Below are positions 47,140-57,194 of a stretch of 64,000 bases of DNA, piece by piece (the stretch's first letter is position 1; the number at the start of each line of letters is the position of its first letter). The stretch is from Thermomonas sp. Lineage in GTDB: Bacteria > Pseudomonadota > Gammaproteobacteria > Xanthomonadales > Xanthomonadaceae. The stretch lies in assembly GCF_016720345.1 (NCBI RefSeq), contig NZ_JADKKV010000001.1, one strand, 5' to 3'. The notes beneath the pieces are model-generated. The model worked only from the letters and a program-made list of their open reading frames with translations, was not told the origin of the DNA and searched no databases. Made by a program: the position numbers and the translations under genes.

Positions 47140-48482
47140 GCCGGCTCCTCCAGCGATGCCGGGCGCGCCGCGCAGGTTTCCACGTAGCGTTCGAGCAGGT
47201 CGAAACCGGCGGGACCGTACCAGTACACCTTCCACTTCTCCTGCTTGATGCAGCCGTCGGATTCCGCGTAGTAGAACGGATTGACCGGGTTGCCGCGCCG
47301 CGAACGCCAGAACAGCCGCGGGTTGGCATCGCGCATCACCTGCCAGACCGCGCGCCCCAGGCCCTCGCCCTGCGCCTCGTCGAGCACCGCGAACTTGTCG
47401 AGGTAGATCCCGGCCGCTTCCGAGGTCAGGATCACCGCTGCGCGGTAGTTCTCGCTGACGTAGGCGCGATGCAGCTTCGTCGTCTCGAAATAGTCCGGCA
47501 ACAGGCGGCGGCCGAACGCGGACTCGATCAGCCCGCGCAGGCGCGGCAGGTCGAAGGCGCCCCAGTGGTCGGCCTGCAGCACGCGCTCGCCGCGCCGCAC
47601 CAGGGTGCCGGAGCCCTTGTGGGTGAACAGCTCCTTGGCCAGCTCCGCCGGCTTGGTGATCGACACCGACGAGGCCAGCGGCAGGCCATCCAGCAGGTCC
47701 TTGATCTGCTCGATCTTCACCCGCATGCCGCCATCGATCCACGGCTGCTGCATCAGGTGGTCGTACTCGGTGGACAGGTTGATCGAATCGATCACCCGGC
47801 CGTCCGCATCAAGCAAACCGCCGGTACCGGTCAGGAACACGATCTTGTACGGCTGCAGCACCTGCACCAGTTCGTTCGCGGCGAAATCCGCATTGACGTT
47901 GAGGATCTGCCCGCCGACGGTCTCGCCGAGCGAGGCGATCACCGGGATCGAGCCGGCCTGCAGGCTGGCCTGGATCGGGGCGAGGTCGACCCGCTTCACC
48001 GCGCCGACCAGGCCGAAGCGCTCGCGGTCCAGGTAATCCGCTTCGAACACGCCGGAGACGATCGAGGTCGCCCGCGCGTCGCCGGCCTGCAACGCCTCGA
48101 CCAGCTTCAGGTTCTGCGCGTGGAATACGCGCCGCACGATCGCGAGTGCTTCAGGCGAGGTCACCCGCAAGCCGTCGATGGTCTGCTTGGCGATGCCGGC
48201 GGCGGCCAGCTCTGCGTCCAACTGCGGGCCTGCGCCATGGATCACGATCGGTGTCAGGCCCACGTCCTGCAGGAACGCCAGCGACGAGGTCAGCGAATCG
48301 AGGTCGTCGCGCAGCACCGCGCCACCGACCTTGACCACCGCGAAGCGCGCCGCGTCCAGCTGCGAGAAGCGCTTCAGGTACTGCGAGATTTCCTTGGCGC
48401 CGCCCATGCTGGAGAGCAGGCGGACGATGGTCTGCCGCGTCTGCGGGTCGTGTACGTGCGAGGGGTTCAGCAATGGCGTCAC
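47136..48482 (-). CDS. argB: bifunctional N-acetylglutamate synthase/kinase (Xanthomonas-type ArgA/B)
   Basis: 448 aa. The amino-acid-kinase fold ([11 protein letters not shown]...[11 protein letters not shown]...NVNADFAA) is fused to a C-terminal GNAT-like domain ([21 protein letters not shown]). Confidence 0.88.
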   Translation of the reverse strand: MTPLLNPSHVHDPQTRQTIVRLLSSMGGAKEISQYLKRFSQLDAARFAVVKVGGAVLRDDLDSLTSSLAFLQDVGLTPIVIHGAGPQLDAELAAAGIAKQTIDGLRVTSPEALAIVRRVFHAQNLKLVEALQAGDARATSIVSGVFEADYLDRERFGLVGAVKRVDLAPIQASLQAGSIPVIASLGETVGGQILNVNADFAANELVQVLQPYKIVFLTGTGGLLDADGRVIDSINLSTEYDHLMQQPWIDGGMRVKIEQIKDLLDGLPLASSVSITKPAELAKELFTHKGSGTLVRRGERVLQADHWGAFDLPRLRGLIESAFGRRLLPDYFETTKLHRAYVSENYRAAVILTSEAAGIYLDKFAVLDEAQGEGLGRAVWQVMRDANPRLFWRSRRGNPVNPFYYAESDGCIKQEKWKVYWYGPAGFDLLERYVETCAARPASLEEPA

Positions 48483-48484
48483 GG

Positions 48485-49582
48485 TCAGGCGTTCCCGAGG
48501 ATACGAACGATGGAATCGGCGTAACGCTGCAGTTGTTCGAGCATCACGTATTCGTCGGCGGCGTGGGCCTGGGCGATGTCGCCGGGGCCATACACGAATG
48601 CGGTCAGGCCGGCCTGCGAGAACAGCGAGGCCTCGGTCCAGAAATCGACCGCGTTGCCGATCGGCAGGCCGAGCCCGTCGGCGACGTCGCGCGCCAGCAG
48701 CCGGCGTTCCTCCGCGCTGGCGGTGTCTCCTGCAGGCAACGATGGCCCGCGGAAGGTTTCCTCATAGCGTTCCAGCGCACCGGCCGTGGCGCAGGCGCCA
48801 AAGCGCAGGTGCAAGGCGTCGATGTCGTGCGAGGGCAGCGGGCGGAAACCGAAACGGACCTCGGCGCTCGGCGCGATGATGTTCGCCTTGATCCCGCCCT
48901 CGACCTTGCCGATGTTGAAGCGCAGGCCTGCCAGCCCGCCGAAACATGCACCGGCCTCGGCCTCGACCAGGTCGAGCGCGTTGCCGCCCCAGCGCATCGC
49001 CTGGTGCAACGCATTCGCGGTCATCGCCTGCGCACCGGAGGCATGGCCCGCCTCGCCCCTGAACTTCAGCAGCACCGAGCTGATGCCGCGATGCGCCAGC
49101 ACCGCCTCGCAGCGCGTGGGCTCGGCGATGATCGCCTCCAGGAAGCCGTGGTCGCGCGCCAGGAAGGCGGCGATGCAGCGCGGATCATTGGCTTCCTCGT
49201 CCGAGGAGAACAGGAAGGCCGCATCGCCGTTCATCGCGTTCGCCGCGGCGACCAGCGCTGCCGCCGCGCCCTTGATGTCGCAGGCGCCAAGGCCGATCGC
49301 ACGGTCATGGGTGACCCGCAGCACGTGCGGATCCGCACTCCACGCCTCCGAGGACGGCACCGTGTCGAGGTGCACGTTGAACACCCGTCGCGGATTGCCG
49401 CGCACGGCCAGCAGCGACACCGCGCCGTCGCCATGGTCGACGACCTCGCAGCGGAATCCAGGCAGCTGTGCGCGCAGGTAGTCGAAGATCCCGCCGGTGC
49501 CGATCAGGCGCGGCGGGTTGCGGGTGTCGAACGCCACCAGGTTCTCGAGGTGGCGCAGGACATCGGGCAGCAATTCAGGCAT
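48485..49582 (-). CDS. argE: M20-family deacetylase (acetylornithine/acetylcitrulline deacetylase, ArgE')
   Basis: 365 aa; [10 protein letters not shown]...[13 protein letters not shown]...FSSDEE...HRG...GGIKANIIA, within the arg operon. Confidence 0.88.
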   Translation of the reverse strand: MPELLPDVLRHLENLVAFDTRNPPRLIGTGGIFDYLRAQLPGFRCEVVDHGDGAVSLLAVRGNPRRVFNVHLDTVPSSEAWSADPHVLRVTHDRAIGLGACDIKGAAAALVAAANAMNGDAAFLFSSDEEANDPRCIAAFLARDHGFLEAIIAEPTRCEAVLAHRGISSVLLKFRGEAGHASGAQAMTANALHQAMRWGGNALDLVEAEAGACFGGLAGLRFNIGKVEGGIKANIIAPSAEVRFGFRPLPSHDIDALHLRFGACATAGALERYEETFRGPSLPAGDTASAEERRLLARDVADGLGLPIGNAVDFWTEASLFSQAGLTAFVYGPGDIAQAHAADEYVMLEQLQRYADSIVRILGNA

Positions 49583-50792
49583 CCGGCTGCCCGCCGTTGA
49601 CCTGTGCCCACAGGGTACTGCTCATGCCGAACAGCTTGATGAAGCCTTCTGCCTCCTCGACGCCCCAGTCGGCGGACTGCGCGTAGGTCGCGCCCTTCGA
49701 GTTGAGGATGTGCGGCGAGCGCACCGCGACGGCATCGACGCGGCCGCCACTGGTGCGCAGCACCACCTCGCCGTTGACCATCCGCTGCGAGGATGCAAGG
49801 AAGGCCTCGAGGTCGGTCTTCAGCGGGTCGTGGTAGAAGCCTTCGTACACCAGCTCCACCCACTTGCGCGCCACCTCCGGCTTGCAGCGGTTCTGCTGCT
49901 TGGTCAGCACCGCTTCCTCCAGCGCGCGATGCGCGGCCAGCAGCGCAGCCAGGCCTGGCGCCTCGAACACGATGCGGCCCTTGAGGCCGATGGTGGTGTC
50001 GCCGGTGTACATGCCGCGGCCGACGCCGTACTGGGCGAACATGGTGTTGAGCTTGGCGAGGATCTTCTCGCCCGCCAGCGCCTGCCCGTCCAGCGCCACC
50101 GCTTCGCCGTTGTCGAAGCGCAGCGTCACTTCCAGCGCATCGGCCGGCCATTGCTCGCGGCGCGCGCACCAGCCGCGGGCGCCGTCGCCCGGTGCCTCCC
50201 AGGCGTCGATCTCGCCGCCGGACATGGTCAGGCCCAGCAGGTTCTCGTTGATGGTGTAGGCCTTCTGCTTGGCACGCACGCCGAAGCCGCGCTCCTCCAG
50301 GTAGGCCTGCTCAAAGGCACGGGTCTGGGTGTGCTGCTTCTGGATCTCGCGGATCGGCGCCACGATGCGGTAGTCGCCCTGCGCCTTCACGGCGAGGTCG
50401 AACCGCACCTGGTCGTTGCCCATGCCGGTGCAGCCATGCGCGATCGCGTTGGTGCCCAGCGCGCGGGCGCGCGCCAGGCTGGCGTCCACGATCAGGTAAC
50501 GGTCGGAGACCAGCAGCGGGTACTGGCCCTGGTAGCCCTCGCCCGCCCACACGAACGGCTTCACGAAGCCGGACCAGATCGCCGGACCGCCGTCGACGGT
50601 CACGTGCGAGGCCACGCCCAGCTCTTCGGCACGGGCCTCGATGGTGGCGCGTTCCTCGGCATCCACGCCGCCGGTATCGGCGAACACGGTGTGCACGTTC
50701 CAGCCCTGCTCCTGCAGGTAGGGCACGCAGAAGCTGGTGTCGAGGCCGCCGGAGAAGGCGAGGACGATGTCTTTCGAATCGGATGCAGTCAT
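49575..50792 (-). CDS. argG: argininosuccinate synthase
   Basis: 405 aa; [12 protein letters not shown]...[15 protein letters not shown]... Confidence 0.95.
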   Translation of the reverse strand: MTASDSKDIVLAFSGGLDTSFCVPYLQEQGWNVHTVFADTGGVDAEERATIEARAEELGVASHVTVDGGPAIWSGFVKPFVWAGEGYQGQYPLLVSDRYLIVDASLARARALGTNAIAHGCTGMGNDQVRFDLAVKAQGDYRIVAPIREIQKQHTQTRAFEQAYLEERGFGVRAKQKAYTINENLLGLTMSGGEIDAWEAPGDGARGWCARREQWPADALEVTLRFDNGEAVALDGQALAGEKILAKLNTMFAQYGVGRGMYTGDTTIGLKGRIVFEAPGLAALLAAHRALEEAVLTKQQNRCKPEVARKWVELVYEGFYHDPLKTDLEAFLASSQRMVNGEVVLRTSGGRVDAVAVRSPHILNSKGATYAQSADWGVEEAEGFIKLFGMSSTLWAQVNGGQPDA

Positions 50793-50846
50793 TTGCGTCT
50801 CCCCCTCGCCCGCTGGCGGGAAAGGGTTGCTGTGTGGGTGGCTGTC

Positions 50847-51851
50847 TTATTGCTGGATGAGCGCGGCCATGATCGCCTTCTGCACGTGCAGGCGGTTCTC
50901 GGCTTCGTCGATGGCGACGCAGCGCGGCGAATCCATCACCGCGTCGGTGGCCTTTACGTTGCGGCGCAACGGCAGGCAGTGCGAAAAGACGCCGTCATTG
51001 GTCAGCGCCATCTTGGCTTCATCGACGATGAAGTGCTTGTAGCGGTCGCGGATGGGCTTCTCCGGCTCCCAGTTGCCGAAGAACGGCAGCGCGCCCCAGC
51101 TCTTGGCATAGACCACGTCGGCGCCGGCGTAGGCGCTCTCGATGTCGTGGCTGACCTGGAGCGAGCCGCCGCTCTCCGCCACGTTCTGCGCGGCCCAGCC
51201 CATGTAGCGCTGGTCCAGCACGTAGTCCGGGGTCGGGCACAGCAGGGTCACGTCCATGCCCATGCGGGTGGCGATGGTCAGCGCCGAATTGGCCACCGCG
51301 GTGTTCAGCGGCTTCGGGTGGTAGGTCCAGGTCAGCACATACTTCTTGCCGCGCAGGTCGCTGGTGCCGAAGCGTTCCTGCAGCGCCAGCGCGTGCGCCA
51401 GCTCCTGGCAGGGATGGGTGATGGTTTCCATGTTGATGACCGGCACCGGCGAATACTTCGCAAAGGACTCCAGGACGATGTCCTCGCGGTCGCGCTGCCA
51501 GTCGACGAACTTCGGGAACGCGCGCACGCCGATCAGGTCCACGTAGCGCCCCAGCACCCGCGCCACTTCCGCGATGTGCTCTTCGGTGTCGCCGTCCATC
51601 ACCGTGCCGAGGTCGAATTCGATCGGCCAGGCGTCCTTGCCCGGCTGCAGCACGATGGCATGCCCGCCCAGCTGGAACGCGCCCAGCTCGAAGCTGGTGC
51701 GGGTGCGCATCGACGGGTTGAAGAACACCAGCGCGATCGAGCGTCCTTTCAGCGCATTCCCCAGCGGCTCCCGCTTGAAACGCGCGGCATCCGCCAGCAA
51801 CGCATCGAGCTCGGCGCGCTGCCAGTCCTGGGTATTGAGGAAGTGCTTCAT
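50847..51851 (-). CDS. argF: N-acetylornithine carbamoyltransferase (ArgF')
   Basis: The start is ATG 51851 ([19 protein letters not shown]). [45 protein letters not shown] and HCLPLRRN are near-identical to my memory of the Xanthomonas campestris AOTCase sequence. Confidence 0.9.
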   Translation of the reverse strand: MKHFLNTQDWQRAELDALLADAARFKREPLGNALKGRSIALVFFNPSMRTRTSFELGAFQLGGHAIVLQPGKDAWPIEFDLGTVMDGDTEEHIAEVARVLGRYVDLIGVRAFPKFVDWQRDREDIVLESFAKYSPVPVINMETITHPCQELAHALALQERFGTSDLRGKKYVLTWTYHPKPLNTAVANSALTIATRMGMDVTLLCPTPDYVLDQRYMGWAAQNVAESGGSLQVSHDIESAYAGADVVYAKSWGALPFFGNWEPEKPIRDRYKHFIVDEAKMALTNDGVFSHCLPLRRNVKATDAVMDSPRCVAIDEAENRLHVQKAIMAALIQQ

Positions 51852-51893
51852 TCGGAGTGCCTCGGGTGGGGAGGTTTGCGGTGGCCGGAAACG

Positions 51894-51920
51894 AAAAAAC
51901 CCAGCCGGCGGGCTGGGTTT
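51894..51920 (-). terminator. Rho-independent terminator (minus strand) 43 nt upstream of argF'
   Basis: On the minus strand it reads AAACCCAGCC CGCC GGCTGGG TTTTTT. It is a 7-bp GC-rich stem (51900-51906 / 51911-51917) followed by T6. Confidence 0.7.
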
Positions 51921-52105
51921 CGGAAGGTGACGCGCACGCATGCGATCCGGATTACCCAGCGGGATGTCGGGATTCCGGTCGGCGCGCGCGCGAGGTCATG
52001 CCGGAGGCCATCCGGGCGGAGTCTGCGTGGCGCGTGGCGAGGTGGGCGTTCATCTGGCCGCGATGCTCGCATGCCGCGCTGCAGCATGCAACTCCCCGGC
52101 GCCGG

Positions 52106-52567
52106 TCACGGGCCTGCCATCGGTTGCGGAGTGATCGAGACCCGCACCCGCAGGCGGTTGCCCGGGTCCTGCGCCAGCCGGGTCCTGAACTTGCTGCCCT
52201 TGTAGGCGTAATCGACGTCGTAGGCGATCGGCCGGCGGTACTCGCGCACCACCGGTGCCATCCGGCAGTTGCTCAGGCCGGCCTCCCGCTCTTCCTTGCT
52301 GGTCGCGCCATCCAGCCTGTCCTTGACCGCGCTGACGACCTTCGACAGGCCGTTGCCGGAAGGCTGCCTGGCATCGCAGACCCGCTCCATGCGGGTGGCG
52401 CGCAGGGTCTGGTAAACCGGACTGACGGCCAGCACCTGGGCGTAGTCGAAGCGCACGTTTTCCTGCGGGACCACGGTCTCGCGCACGACCTCCTGCGCGT
52501 GCACGCGCGGCGCCACCAGCAGGCCGGCAACGGGCACGAACAGGCAACACAGGGCAAGGCGCAGCAT
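52106..52567 (-). CDS. exported hypothetical protein
   Basis: 153 aa with a signal peptide ([24 protein letters not shown]) and good GC3. I recognise no family. Confidence 0.6.
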   Translation of the reverse strand: MLRLALCCLFVPVAGLLVAPRVHAQEVVRETVVPQENVRFDYAQVLAVSPVYQTLRATRMERVCDARQPSGNGLSKVVSAVKDRLDGATSKEEREAGLSNCRMAPVVREYRRPIAYDVDYAYKGSKFRTRLAQDPGNRLRVRVSITPQPMAGP

Positions 52568-52654
52568 CGCGCCAGTCTATCGGCGCGATGCTGCCGGCGG
52601 ATGAATCGCCGCTGTGCGGCCCGCTACAATGCGGCATCCCACGCGCGTGACGCC

Positions 52655-54046
52655 ATGAACCCGTCTTCCAGCAGGTTGCATCTCCACAACACCCTGACCC
52701 GCCGGCTCGAACCGTTCGCACCGCTCGATGCCGCCTGCCCGACGATGTACGTCTGCGGCCCCACCGTCTACAACTACGTGCACATCGGCAACGCCCGCGG
52801 GCCGGTGGTGTTCGGGGTGCTGGCCGCGCTGCTGCGGCGGCGTTTCGGCGGCCTGCGCTACGCCCGCAACATCACCGACGTGGACGACAAGATCAACGCC
52901 GCGGCGCGGGACCTCGGCGTGCCGATCGCCACGATCACCGACCAGTACGCCGCCGCCTATCGCGACGACATGGCCGCGCTGGGGGTATCGGGTGAATTCG
53001 CCCCGGACATCGAGCCTGCGGCCACCGCGCACATGCCGCAGATGATCGCGATGATCGAACGCCTGATCGCCGATGGACACGCCTATGCAGCGGAAGGCCA
53101 CGTGCTGTTCGCGGTATCGAGCTTCGACGGCTACGGCAAGCTGTCGCGCCGCGACACCGAGGAAATGCTGGCCGGCGCGCGCGTCGAAGTGGCCCCTTAC
53201 AAGCGTGATGCCGGCGATTTCGTGCTGTGGAAGCCGTCCGGCGACGACCTGCCCGGCTGGGACTCGCCCTGGGGCCGGGGCCGCCCCGGCTGGCATATCG
53301 AGTGCTCGGCGATGGCCGAGGCCCACCTGGGCGAAACCATCGACATCCACGCCGGCGGCGTGGACCTGCAGTTCCCGCACCACGAGAACGAAGTGGCGCA
53401 GAGCGAATGCGCGCACGGCGGCGCACCGTTCGCGCGCTTCTGGCTGCACAACGGCATGCTGAACTTCGGCGGCGCCAAGATGGCCAAGTCGGTCGGCAAC
53501 ATCCAGCGCGTGCACGACCTGGTGCGCCAGCACCCGCCGGAAGCGCTGCGCTACGCGCTGCTCTCTGCGCACTACCGGCAGCCGCTGGAATGGTCGGATG
53601 GGCTGATCGAGCAGTCGGTGCGCACGCTGGACCGGCTGTACGGCACCCTGCGCGACCTGGCCGAGGTCGAGGCCGACGTCGCGATTCCCGGCAGCATCGA
53701 AGCCGCGCTCGATGACGACCTCAACACGCCGCAGGCGCTGGCCGAGATCGCGCGCATCGCCGGCGAGGCGCGCAGGGCGGATTCGGCTGCCGAAAAGGCC
53801 CGGCTGAAGACGGAACTGCTCGGTGCCGGGCGCGTGCTCGGCCTGCTTCAGCAGGCGCCGGCGGACTGGTTCGCGCGCGGCGCGGGCAACGACGACGACG
53901 CCCGCATCCAGGGCCTGATCGACGAACGCATCGAAGCGAAGAAGTCGCGCGACTTCGCCCGCGCCGACGCGATCCGCCAGCAACTGGCCGACGAGGGCAT
54001 CCTGCTGGAAGACACGCCGCAAGGCGTGCGCTGGAAGCGCGCATGA
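52655..54046 (+). CDS. cysS: cysteine--tRNA ligase
   Basis: The start is ATG 52655 ([21 protein letters not shown]). The HIGN motif is in [18 protein letters not shown], and KMSKS appears as KMAKSVGN. The track ORF (729 aa) is a shadow extension. Confidence 0.95.
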   Translation: MNPSSSRLHLHNTLTRRLEPFAPLDAACPTMYVCGPTVYNYVHIGNARGPVVFGVLAALLRRRFGGLRYARNITDVDDKINAAARDLGVPIATITDQYAAAYRDDMAALGVSGEFAPDIEPAATAHMPQMIAMIERLIADGHAYAAEGHVLFAVSSFDGYGKLSRRDTEEMLAGARVEVAPYKRDAGDFVLWKPSGDDLPGWDSPWGRGRPGWHIECSAMAEAHLGETIDIHAGGVDLQFPHHENEVAQSECAHGGAPFARFWLHNGMLNFGGAKMAKSVGNIQRVHDLVRQHPPEALRYALLSAHYRQPLEWSDGLIEQSVRTLDRLYGTLRDLAEVEADVAIPGSIEAALDDDLNTPQALAEIARIAGEARRADSAAEKARLKTELLGAGRVLGLLQQAPADWFARGAGNDDDARIQGLIDERIEAKKSRDFARADAIRQQLADEGILLEDTPQGVRWKRA

Positions 54047-54486
54047 GCGGCACGGTGTTCCCGCTCGAACCAACCGCCGCCGACGCGCAGGCCGCGATCG
54101 CCGAGGAATTCGCGTTCTTCGGTGACTGGTCGGAGCGTTACCAGTACCTGATCGACCTCGGCCGCAAGCTGCCGCCGCTCCCCGACGACTGCAAGGTCGA
54201 GCTGCACCGCCTGCACGGCTGCCAGTCGCTGGTGTGGGTGGTCGCCTCCGGCGATGCGTCGCGGCTCGACTTCACTGCCGCCAGCGATTCGGCGATCGTC
54301 TCCGGGCTGGTGTTCCTGGCCCTGCGTGTCTATTCGGGGCGAAGTGCCGCCGAGATCCTCGCCACCGAGCCCGACTACATCGCCGCGATCGGGCTTGCCC
54401 GGCACCTGTCGCCGACGCGCAGCAACGGCCTTGCCGCGCTGCTGGCCTTCATCCGCGAACACGCACGCACCGCGCCGGCGGCATGA
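54043..54486 (+). CDS. sufE: SufE-family sulfur acceptor protein
   Basis: 147 aa; [15 protein letters not shown]...[10 protein letters not shown]...[10 protein letters not shown] is the SufE/CsdE signature. It overlaps the cysS stop by ATGA. Confidence 0.85.
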   Translation: MSGTVFPLEPTAADAQAAIAEEFAFFGDWSERYQYLIDLGRKLPPLPDDCKVELHRLHGCQSLVWVVASGDASRLDFTAASDSAIVSGLVFLALRVYSGRSAAEILATEPDYIAAIGLARHLSPTRSNGLAALLAFIREHARTAPAA

Positions 54487-55712
54487 CCGAAGCCGCCGCG
54501 TCCCCGCTGCAGGCCGCGGGTTTCCGCTGGCTGTTGCTGTACCGCATCCTGACCCTGCTCTCCTACCAGGTGGTCGCGGTGACGGTGGGCTGGCATGTCT
54601 ACGAAATCACCGGCGACCCGTGGTCGCTGGGCCTGATCGGGTTGGCCGAGGTGATCCCGTTCTTCTGCGTGGCGCCGTTCTCCGGCTACCTGGTCGACCA
54701 CCTGCCGCGACGCAAGCTGGGCGCCGCCGCATGCACGGTGCTGGCGGTGAATGCCGGGGTGCTGGCGCTGGTCGCCTCCGGGGGGCTGGCAACGGACGGG
54801 ACCTGGCCGATCTATGCGGCGATCGCAGTGGGCGGCGTCGGCCGCTCCTTCCTCGGCCCGGTCTACAACGCGCTGTTCGCGCGCGCACTCAAGCGCGAGC
54901 AGTTCGCGCGCGGCGCCGGCATGGGCAGCGTGGTGTTCCAGGCCGGGCTGGTGCTGGGCCCGGCGATCGGCGGTCTGCTGGTGGGCGCCGCCGGCAAGTC
55001 GGTGGCGTATGCGCTGGCGGCGGGGTTCGCGATCGCCGCCGCGCTGGCGCTGCTGCGAATGCCGGTCACCGAGCCCGCCCCGCAACTGCAGCGCGGCCCG
55101 GTGCTGGCCAGCATCGGCGAAGGCCTGCGCTTCGTGTTCGGCCACCAGGTCCTGCTGGCCGCGCTGGCGCTGGACATGTTCGCGGTCCTGTTCGGCGGCG
55201 CGATCTCGCTGGCGCCCGCCTTCATCAAGGATGTGCTGCACGCCGGCCCGGAGGCGCTGGGGATCCTGCGCGGCGCGCCCGCGCTGGGCTCGGTGGCGGT
55301 GGCGGTGTGGCTGTCGCGGCATCCGCTGCAGGCCAACGCCGGCCGCATCCTGCTGGCCGCGGTGGTCGGCTTCGGCGCGTGCATGGTCGGCTTCGGGCTG
55401 AGCCAGGTGTTCTGGTTGTCCGCGCTGTTCCTGCTGCTGTCGGGCGTGTTCGACGGGGTTTCGGTGGTGCTGCGCACCACCATCCTGCAGCTGGCTACCC
55501 CGGACGCGATGCGCGGCCGGGTGTCTTCGGTCAACAGCATCTTCATCAGCTCGTCGAATGAGCTCGGCGCGTTCTACGCCGGTTCGATGGCGCGCCTGCT
55601 GGGACTGGTGCCGGGCGTGGTGCTGGGCGGATTCGTGACCATGGGCGTGGCCGCCTTCACCGCCGCAAAGGCACCGAAGCTGCGCAGGCTGGACCTGCGC
55701 GAGCTCCAGTAA
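54483..55712 (+). CDS. MFS transporter
   Basis: The start is ATG 54483 ([23 protein letters not shown]), in an ATGA overlap with the sufE stop. It has about 12 hydrophobic segments, and the motif YLVDHLPRRKL lies between TM2 and TM3. Confidence 0.85.
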   Translation: MTEAAASPLQAAGFRWLLLYRILTLLSYQVVAVTVGWHVYEITGDPWSLGLIGLAEVIPFFCVAPFSGYLVDHLPRRKLGAAACTVLAVNAGVLALVASGGLATDGTWPIYAAIAVGGVGRSFLGPVYNALFARALKREQFARGAGMGSVVFQAGLVLGPAIGGLLVGAAGKSVAYALAAGFAIAAALALLRMPVTEPAPQLQRGPVLASIGEGLRFVFGHQVLLAALALDMFAVLFGGAISLAPAFIKDVLHAGPEALGILRGAPALGSVAVAVWLSRHPLQANAGRILLAAVVGFGACMVGFGLSQVFWLSALFLLLSGVFDGVSVVLRTTILQLATPDAMRGRVSSVNSIFISSSNELGAFYAGSMARLLGLVPGVVLGGFVTMGVAAFTAAKAPKLRRLDLRELQ

Positions 55713-55713
55713 C

Positions 55714-55741
55714 GGGAAACCCCGCCGCAGCGGGGTTCCCG
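55714..55741. terminator. GC-rich hairpin between convergent MFS and dksA genes
   Basis: GGGAAACCCCGC CGCA GCGGGGTTCCC: an 8-bp perfect stem plus extension, with no clear U-tract. Confidence 0.45.
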
Positions 55742-55761
55742 GGCACCGCAACACGGCAGGC

Positions 55762-56841
55762 TCAGTCGCCCATCTGCTTCTGCAGGTGCTCCCAGCGCTC
55801 CTGCGCGTCGATCGTGCGCTCCGCCTGCGGACGCGCCTCGAGGCGGTCCAGGCCGATTTCCTCGCCGGTATCCACGCAGTAGCCGTAGTCGCCGCCATCG
55901 ACCCGCTTGAGGGTGCTGTCGATCTTGCCGATCAGCTTGCGGTAGCGGTCGCGGGTGCGCAGTTCCAGCGCATTCTCGGTCTCGCGGCTGGCGCGCTCGG
56001 CCTCGTCGCCGACGTCGCGCACTTCTTCCTTGAGGTTCTCGATGGTCTGCTTGGATTCATCGACCAGTTCCGCGCGGCGCACCAGCAGCATCTGCCGGAA
56101 ATATTCCAGCTGCAGCGGGCTCATGTACTCCTCGTCCGCGGACGGCCTGTAGCCGGGGGGGATGATCGGGCGGCCGCTGGCATCGTCGGTCTGGTACGGC
56201 ACGACCTTGTACTTGCCCTTCGGCACCGGCGCCGACGTGCGCGCGGCCACCGACACTGCCACCGCGACCTTGCCGAGCTTGCGCGGATGCGGCGGCGGCG
56301 GGACCACCACCGGCCGCGCGGGCGCAACGGCCGGCTTGGCGACCTTCGCTGCAGGCGTGGCCTTCGCTGGTGCGGGCTTCGCGGCCTCGGCGGGCTTGGC
56401 TGCAGGCGCGGGCTTCGCAGCCGGGGCAGGCTTGGCGGCAGGCGCGGGCTTCGCCGCGGCAGGCGCCGGCTTGGGCACCGCAACGGGCTTCGCCGCCGCC
56501 GCGACCGTCCTGGCAACAGCCTTGGGTGCAGGTGCCGCCGGCTTGGCAGCGACTTTCCGTGCCGCGGGCACTGGCTTCTTCACCGCTACCGCCTTCTTCG
56601 CCGGCGCAGCCTTCCTCGCAACCGGCTTGCTGGCGGGCGCTGCCTTCTTCGCAACCGCCTTCCTGGCCGGCGCGGCCTTCTTCGCCACCGCCTTGCGGGC
56701 GGGCGCGGGTTTCTTCGCAACCGGCTTCTTCGCCGCGGGCTTGGCGGCCTTCTTGGCGGCCACCGGCTTCTTCACAGGCGCCTTCGCGGCGGGCTTCTTG
56801 GCCGGCTTGGCGGCCTTCTTCACGGTTTTCTTCGCTGCCAC
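55762..56841 (-). CDS. dksA: DksA-family RNA polymerase-binding regulator with a ~215-aa Ala/Lys/Pro-rich N-terminal extension
   Basis: The likely start is GTG 56841, 9 nt after GAGGAA ([17 protein letters not shown]...). The C-terminal core is [11 protein letters not shown]...[60 protein letters not shown]. The usual 4-Cys zinc finger is reduced here (single Cys in [12 protein letters not shown]). Confidence 0.85.
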   Translation of the reverse strand: MAAKKTVKKAAKPAKKPAAKAPVKKPVAAKKAAKPAAKKPVAKKPAPARKAVAKKAAPARKAVAKKAAPASKPVARKAAPAKKAVAVKKPVPAARKVAAKPAAPAPKAVARTVAAAAKPVAVPKPAPAAAKPAPAAKPAPAAKPAPAAKPAEAAKPAPAKATPAAKVAKPAVAPARPVVVPPPPHPRKLGKVAVAVSVAARTSAPVPKGKYKVVPYQTDDASGRPIIPPGYRPSADEEYMSPLQLEYFRQMLLVRRAELVDESKQTIENLKEEVRDVGDEAERASRETENALELRTRDRYRKLIGKIDSTLKRVDGGDYGYCVDTGEEIGLDRLEARPQAERTIDAQERWEHLQKQMGD

Positions 56842-56948
56842 GAGCAGGTATTCCTCATGTTCCCTTGAGGCGGGAAAGCGGGCTGTTATACCCTGACGGG
56901 CACACAGCGGCAACCGCGCAACATTGCGCCACGCCGCGTTCAAGGCCC

Positions 56949-57194
56949 GTGACCGACCCATCCTTCATCAGTACGGCGCTGATCGCGCTGCTGCGCGGCT
57001 ACAAGCGCTGGATCAGCCCCCTGCTCGGCACCCGCTGCCGGTTCGTGCCCTCCTGTTCGGAATATGCGATGGAGGCGATTGCCCGCTTCGGCGCGCTCAA
57101 GGGCGGCTGGCTCGCGCTCCGCCGCATCGGCCGCTGCCATCCCCTGCATCCGGGCGGGCACGACCCGGTGCCACCCCCCAAGGAAGCCCCATGA
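56949..57194 (+). CDS. yidD: membrane protein insertion efficiency factor YidD
   Basis: The proposed start is GTG 56949. [65 protein letters not shown] is the YidD signature. The start codon choice is uncertain. Confidence 0.8.
   Translation: MTDPSFISTALIALLRGYKRWISPLLGTRCRFVPSCSEYAMEAIARFGALKGGWLALRRIGRCHPLHPGGHDPVPPPKEAP

Noticed and set aside
51848-52087. 79-aa minus-strand ORF between the exported protein gene and argF'
   Set aside because: It reads through the terminator hairpin and into the argF' start region, has no RBS, and gives an Arg/Pro-rich translation. It is more likely non-coding.
55762-56961. ATG 56961 as the dksA start (399-aa version)
   Set aside because: The extra 40 aa ([24 protein letters not shown]...) look non-coding and would overlap the yidD start region. 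GTG 56841 has a GAGGAA RBS at good spacing.
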